Assembly: GCA_005887825.1 (NCBI GenBank)
Contig: VBQC01000172.1
Location: forward strand, 1 to 53,689
Direction: 5' to 3'
Source of the DNA: Verrucomicrobiota bacterium
Lineage (GTDB): Bacteria; Verrucomicrobiota; Verrucomicrobiia; Chthoniobacterales; UBA10450
DNA: 53,689 bases
The translations under genes and the position numbers were made by a program. Positions within the stretch are counted from its first letter, which is position 1. Each line of letters begins with the position of its first letter. Below the pieces are notes generated by a model. That model was not told the DNA's origin and searched no databases. It was given only the letters and a program-made list of their open reading frames with translations. This document shows, in pieces, positions 49,540-53,689 of this stretch.

Positions 49540-49965
49540 ATGGCCAAAGAAATTGTAGCTCACATCAAATTGCAGATTCCCGCCGGCCAGGCAAACCCTG
49601 CGCCACCGGTTGGAACGGCGCTCGGACCGCGCGGTGTCAATATCATGGCATTCTGCAAAGAATTTAACGCTGCCACGCAGAAACAAGCCGGCGATATTCT
49701 CCCGGTCGTGATCACCGTCTTTAAGGACAAGTCGTTTACCTTCATCACCAAAAGTCCGCCGGCTGCCGTTCTCCTGAAGAGAGCGGCCAACATCGCCGCC
49801 GGCTCCAAAGAGCCGAACAAAACCAAAGTCGGCAAGGTCACGCGCAAACAGGTCATGGACATCGTCAAAACGAAAGCCAAAGACCTGAACGCGCGCAACG
49901 ACGAAGCCGGTTTCAAGATCATCGCCGGCACCGCCCGCCAAATGGGCCTCGAGATCGTCGATTAG
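49540..49965 (+). CDS. rplK: 50S ribosomal protein L11
   Basis: 141 aa. Contains [35 protein letters not shown]. Confidence 0.95.
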   Translation: MAKEIVAHIKLQIPAGQANPAPPVGTALGPRGVNIMAFCKEFNAATQKQAGDILPVVITVFKDKSFTFITKSPPAAVLLKRAANIAAGSKEPNKTKVGKVTRKQVMDIVKTKAKDLNARNDEAGFKIIAGTARQMGLEIVD

Positions 49966-49978
49966 GTTGGCAACTTTC

Positions 49979-50081
49979 GGAGGTTAGGCATCTTGCCTGA
50001 CTCGGCGGCCGGGCTTCCAGCCTGGCGTCTTTTATTCGACAAGCAGGATGCTTGTCGGCCGGGACAGGCTGGAAGCCTATC
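49979..50081. repeat. family-D structured repeat, copy D2
   Basis: Contains GGAGGTTAGGCATCTTGCCTGACTCGG. A 13-bp inverted pair GGCTTCCAGCCTG/CAGGCTGGAAGCC flanks the 8-bp hairpin CGACAAGC-AGGAT-GCTTGTCG. Confidence 0.8.
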
Positions 50082-51670
50082 TTCCATCTGCTCCTAAATA
50101 TTCCCACCGCTGTAATGCAATCGGGACGTTGCCGTTTTTCCAGACGAAATCGTGGAAGGCGCGGAGATTGAATTTGTCGCCTTGCCGCATCCGGGCGTCG
50201 GCGAGGAATTTTATGATTTGGAGTTTGCCGATTTGATACGTGATCGCTTGGCCAGGACCGGTTGAGAAAGCGATCGCTTCCTGGCGTGCGGTATTTTCAT
50301 CCATCGGAACTTTCTCCTGTAGATATTTCGCGGCTTGCTCCAGCGTGAATTCGCCGAGCGCAAGTTTCACGTCCACTTCTACGCGCAGCGCGCGCAGTCG
50401 CATGAAATTGTAGATGATCTCGCGCGTGTGCGGGCTGTCGTCGAACAAACCGGCCTGCAGCATCATCTCTTCTGCATAAAAGCCGATCCCTTCGTTGGCG
50501 CCTGAGTCGTAGTAATGCCGCCGGATCGGGTCTTCGTGTTTCCAGGAAAGACAAAGCTGGAAATAATGGCCGGGAATTCCCTCGTGCACAGTAATCGGAC
50601 GGGGATCTTCCGCCGTCGCGCGCCAGAAGTAACCGAGGTTCCCTGATGGCGGATCGACATAGCGAATGCAATCCTCGTTCAGTCGCGAGGGCGAAGTGAA
50701 GTCGTCAGTTTCGCCGAATCCTTCGAGTGCGTGTAAATACTCGGGCATCGGACGCAGCGTGTAGTGCTGGACCCAATCCGGTACGGTGAGAATGCCATGC
50801 GTTTCAAGAAATTGGCGGATCAACAATTCCTTGGCGGCCGCGTCTTTTATCCAACAAGCAGGATGCTTGTCGGCCGGGACAGGCTGGAAGCCTATCTTCC
50901 ATCTGCTCCTAAATATTCCCACCGCTGTAATGCAATCGGGACGTTGCCGTTTTTCCAGACGAAATCGTGGAAGGCGCGGAGATTGAATTTGTCGCCTTGC
51001 CGCATCCGGGCGTCGGCGAGGAATTTTATGATTTGGAGTTTGCCGATTTGATACGTGATCGCTTGGCCAGGACCGGTTGAGAAAGCGATCGCTTCCTGGC
51101 GTGCGGTATTTTCATCCATCGGAACTTTCTCCTGTAGATATTTCGCGGCTTGCTCCAGCGTGAATTCGCCGAGCGCAAGTTTCACGTCCACTTCTACGCG
51201 CAGCGCGCGCAGTCGCATGAAATTGTAGATGATCTCGCGCGTGTGCGGGCTGTCGTCGAACAAACCGGCCTGCAGCATCATCTCTTCTGCATAAAAGCCG
51301 ATCCCTTCGTTGGCGCCTGAGTCGTAGTAATGCCGCCGGATCGGGTCTTCGTGTTTCCAGGAAAGACAAAGCTGGAAATAATGGCCGGGAATTCCCTCGT
51401 GCACAGTAATCGGACGGGGATCTTCCGCCGTCGCGCGCCAGAAGTAACCGAGGTTCCCTGATGGCGGATCGACATAGCGAATGCAATCCTCGTTCAGTCG
51501 CGAGGGCGAAGTGAAGTCGTCAGTTTCGCCGAATCCTTCGAGTGCGTGTAAATAGTCGGGCATCGGACGCAGCGTGTAGTGCTGGACCCAATCCGGTACG
51601 GTGAGAATGCCATGCGTTTCAAGAAATTGGCGGATCAACAATTCCTTGGCGGCCGCGTCTTTTATCCAAC
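50025..51670. repeat. tandem direct duplication, 815-bp unit x2 plus a 16-nt third start
   Basis: Sequence at 50025-50839 reappears at 50840-51654 (offset 815). Identical ORF translations in several frames support this. One difference was seen: C50740 versus G51555. Confidence 0.9.
50077..50922 (-). pseudogene. duplicated 3-prime fragment of the DUF885 gene (C-terminal 258 aa, fused to repeat-derived codons)
   Basis: The 281-aa ORF matches the C-terminus of the 604-aa ORF except for E/D at one position. Its first 23 codons (MGIFRSRWKIGFQPVPADKHPAC) are read from repeat D. Confidence 0.8.
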
Positions 51671-52565
51671 TGTCGGTGTTCGATGCCAGCTTTAGCGGAG
51701 GCGCGTTGCGATTCCGTTCCTTTTCAAATGCTTCGAACGCGACGGCGCGATTCCATTCCTGCTGACCCATCGCGAGAAGTTCCTCCGGGGAATACGGCAT
51801 CAATGCGACGTTCTTGAGAAAAAAGAGGTAAGCATCGCGGCCAAGCGCGGTTTCTTTCGGCAGGGTGGGCAATTTCTCCTGAAGCCATTGCCGGAATTTA
51901 TCGAGCGCGTCGGCCGCATGATCAGTTGCGCGGTTCAACTCTTGTTCTTTGAGAGTTGTCGATCCCAGCAACGCTGTCGCCATTTCGCGCAGGCGCGGCC
52001 GAATATTTTCCAGGGCTTGGACCGCCACGGTGGCGAATGGCGCCGGCGGATTTGCCAGATTATCTTCGCCCTGCTGCAAAATCGCCGGAATATTGTCGAT
52101 GCGTGTGAAAATCTCCCGGCTGTGCGCTGCATCATGCGGGCCCGGAACTGTGAGTGCTTCGACGACTGGCGCGAGCGTTTGCTCGATGTAGAAATTCGGA
52201 TCGCGTTTCCAGCGCGGATTAACGTCCAACTCCCAGCGCACTCGCGACAAAGCCGAACCCATTAGCCGATAATCGACCTGCTTCGGAATCGGCCATCCGC
52301 TTGCATCGATCTTCTTCCAGCGTGCTTCGAATGCAGCGAGATCCCTTCGCCGATTGTCGATGCTCGGGCCCGACCAATCGCGCGTCCCGCCCGGTCGCTC
52401 GATTCGATTGACGTCATCGCCGGTAAATGGTGCGTATTTCGCGCGCCACGTCCAAAAGTCGTCTGTCAGTTTGTCGAGAGAGTCGGCCTGCGTTTGGCCG
52501 CTCGTGGACAGAGCAAGGAAACTCAGGAGAATTACAGCGCAGAAATTCTTCACGGCAGTTTTCAA
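50892..52565 (-). CDS. DUF885-family (metallopeptidase-like) secreted protein, full-length copy
   Basis: The HEGIPGHYFQ motif is present. The likely TTG start at 52565 (MKTAVKNFCAVILLSFLALSTSG signal peptide) overlaps the upstream stop as TTGA. The ORF-track start at 52706 is less likely. Confidence 0.75.
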   Translation of the reverse strand: MKTAVKNFCAVILLSFLALSTSGQTQADSLDKLTDDFWTWRAKYAPFTGDDVNRIERPGGTRDWSGPSIDNRRRDLAAFEARWKKIDASGWPIPKQVDYRLMGSALSRVRWELDVNPRWKRDPNFYIEQTLAPVVEALTVPGPHDAAHSREIFTRIDNIPAILQQGEDNLANPPAPFATVAVQALENIRPRLREMATALLGSTTLKEQELNRATDHAADALDKFRQWLQEKLPTLPKETALGRDAYLFFLKNVALMPYSPEELLAMGQQEWNRAVAFEAFEKERNRNAPPLKLASNTDSWIKDAAAKELLIRQFLETHGILTVPDWVQHYTLRPMPDYLHALEGFGETDDFTSPSRLNEDCIRYVDPPSGNLGYFWRATAEDPRPITVHEGIPGHYFQLCLSWKHEDPIRRHYYDSGANEGIGFYAEEMMLQAGLFDDSPHTREIIYNFMRLRALRVEVDVKLALGEFTLEQAAKYLQEKVPMDENTARQEAIAFSTGPGQAITYQIGKLQIIKFLADARMRQGDKFNLRAFHDFVWKNGNVPIALQRWEYLGADGR

Positions 52566-53593
52566 TTCGAGCTTCTGCGCATCGTGATTGTCGATGGCGT
52601 GAGGCCGGGCCGATACATGGACATCCCGTAGCAGCGCGCGGCACTTTTCTCGCGCGCGTAACGAATCTTGTTTAACTTTTCGTCCCAGCGTTCCATGTAA
52701 GAACAATTCGCCGTTTCTTTGCTGCCGGGGATGGGCACATACCGATTTTCGGTAAACGTGAGAAACGCGGCTTCACCCCGAAGAGGAATTGGAGCGGCCC
52801 AATTGGGCGACAGCCTGACGAGTCGCGGGTCAGTGAGGTCGAGCGCGAAAACTGTGTCACCATCCGTGCTGTTTAAATGCAAATCAAAAAATGCGAGGCG
52901 CAACGGCCCATCGAAAAGGAAACGTTGATCTTTGTCCTGATTCTCGTTGAGTAACCCTGCTACGCCTAGAAACCCTGGCAATTTGGCAAATTCGGTCTCC
53001 GCTCCCGTTTTCAAATCGCGGAGTAGGTAATGTTTCCCATGACCAGGGCCATTGATCTGATCGTCTTCGTCCTTCGGATCTCTGCGTAGTACCAATTCGA
53101 CAGAGCCATCGGGCGATTTGTAAGTCGGTGGCGGCGTTTCGGTAGGCGACGCAGATTCCTCAGGTGAAGCGGCCGAACTGGGCGACGTCGATTCCTTCGG
53201 TTCGACGTTTGTGAAATAAGGAGAGCTCTTCGCCGATGTATACCAATCGGGCGCCGCATCGAGTTTCTTCAAATGTGTCCCCCGTGGCTCAATGCTCCAA
53301 AATTCGCGGACGTCATTAGGCTTCTCGCGCATGAAGACAATCATGCTGCCGTCCGATGCGAAAATAGGACCCAAGTCTTTCCCCGAGTTGTCGTTCGTTA
53401 ATTGCCACAACAGTTTCCCATCCTCCCGATACAAATAGAGATGCGAGTGGCTGGTCCCTTCCGCCTGCAAGTATCGGATCGCGATCACGATCTCTGCATC
53501 CGCCCATGCTTGCGTAGTTAGAATCGCAAGCGCGCCTATGATGATCAACGCTCTTAAGATCAGTCGCATCAGCACCAATTTTCCGAGGATCAT
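52562..53593 (-). CDS. hypothetical secreted protein (PD40/TolB-like beta-propeller motifs, S/P/T-rich linker)
   Basis: 343 aa. Signal peptide ...IIIGALAILTTQAWA. Motifs DGKLLWQLTNDNSGKDLGPIFASDGSMIVF and SPDGSVELVL. No firm family assignment. Confidence 0.5.
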   Translation of the reverse strand: MILGKLVLMRLILRALIIIGALAILTTQAWADAEIVIAIRYLQAEGTSHSHLYLYREDGKLLWQLTNDNSGKDLGPIFASDGSMIVFMREKPNDVREFWSIEPRGTHLKKLDAAPDWYTSAKSSPYFTNVEPKESTSPSSAASPEESASPTETPPPTYKSPDGSVELVLRRDPKDEDDQINGPGHGKHYLLRDLKTGAETEFAKLPGFLGVAGLLNENQDKDQRFLFDGPLRLAFFDLHLNSTDGDTVFALDLTDPRLVRLSPNWAAPIPLRGEAAFLTFTENRYVPIPGSKETANCSYMERWDEKLNKIRYAREKSAARCYGMSMYRPGLTPSTITMRRSSN

Positions 53594-53689
53594 GCGCGAT
53601 TGGTTTTCAATCGCTTCTCGCGCTCAAACCGTTCAATTGCCAGTTCTATCAATTTGTCGATTAACTCGCTGTAAGAGATACCGGTCGCT
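53590..53689 (-). CDS. partial ORF (C-terminal 32 aa), possibly a ribbon-helix-helix-type protein
   Basis: The frame is open to the window edge and reads ...TGISYSELIDKLIELAIERFEREKRLKTNRA*. Its stop overlaps the next start as ATGA. Confidence 0.3.
   Translation of the reverse strand, partial: ATGISYSELIDKLIELAIERFEREKRLKTNRA

Noticed and set aside
49919-50107. ORFs starting MGIFRSRWKIGFQPVPADKHPAC, present twice, as a real small protein family.
   Set aside because: The shared peptide is simply a translation of the family-D repeat. The downstream parts differ or derive from the duplicated DUF885 fragment.

Overview
This is a 53.7-kb chromosomal window, roughly mid-50s % GC by eye (not computed), made up mostly of housekeeping genes. 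Gene content and repeat style suggest a soil Verrucomicrobiota-like bacterium; that is inference only.

Gene order, left to right:
- a T2SS/T4P-like module (secretin, small PG-binding protein, GspE/PilB ATPase)
- mpl and a CHASE2 adenylate cyclase
- rplT-pheS-pheT, then carA
- a 1455-aa Lhr helicase and a GT2
- a xylFGH-like sugar ABC transporter and a bacterial GH47 mannosidase
- GYD, DUF3667, APC permease, DUF5069, GH26-like and OsmC genes, then hldD
- an AT-richer islet with a PD-(D/E)XK nuclease-like ORF
- a cobalamin riboswitch plus a BtuB-like TonB receptor
- rmuC, an SDR, DUF885, an S41 peptidase, tsaD, ispA, EamA and a TPR protein
- tRNA-Thr-tuf-tRNA-Trp-secE-nusG-rplK, then a second DUF885 locus

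I saw no CRISPR array, integrase, transposase or recognisable multi-gene defence system.

Four things stand out:
1. At least six families of short palindromic or MITE-like intergenic repeats (about 20 copies) sit with striking regularity relative to stop codons. Several supply the stop codon of a flanking gene. One encodes the last 7 codons of a gene, and one possibly supplies a start codon.
2. A near-perfect 815-bp tandem duplication is anchored in one such repeat, exactly where the conserved rplK-rplA cluster is broken.
3. pheS, pheT and the xylF-like gene are interrupted, by one small indel and by internal deletions of about 44 and about 56 nt. These are either assembly errors or real decay.
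4. The B12 riboswitch is separated from its btuB-like gene by repeat insertions.

All homology calls come from reading the translations and remembering family motifs. No searches were run.
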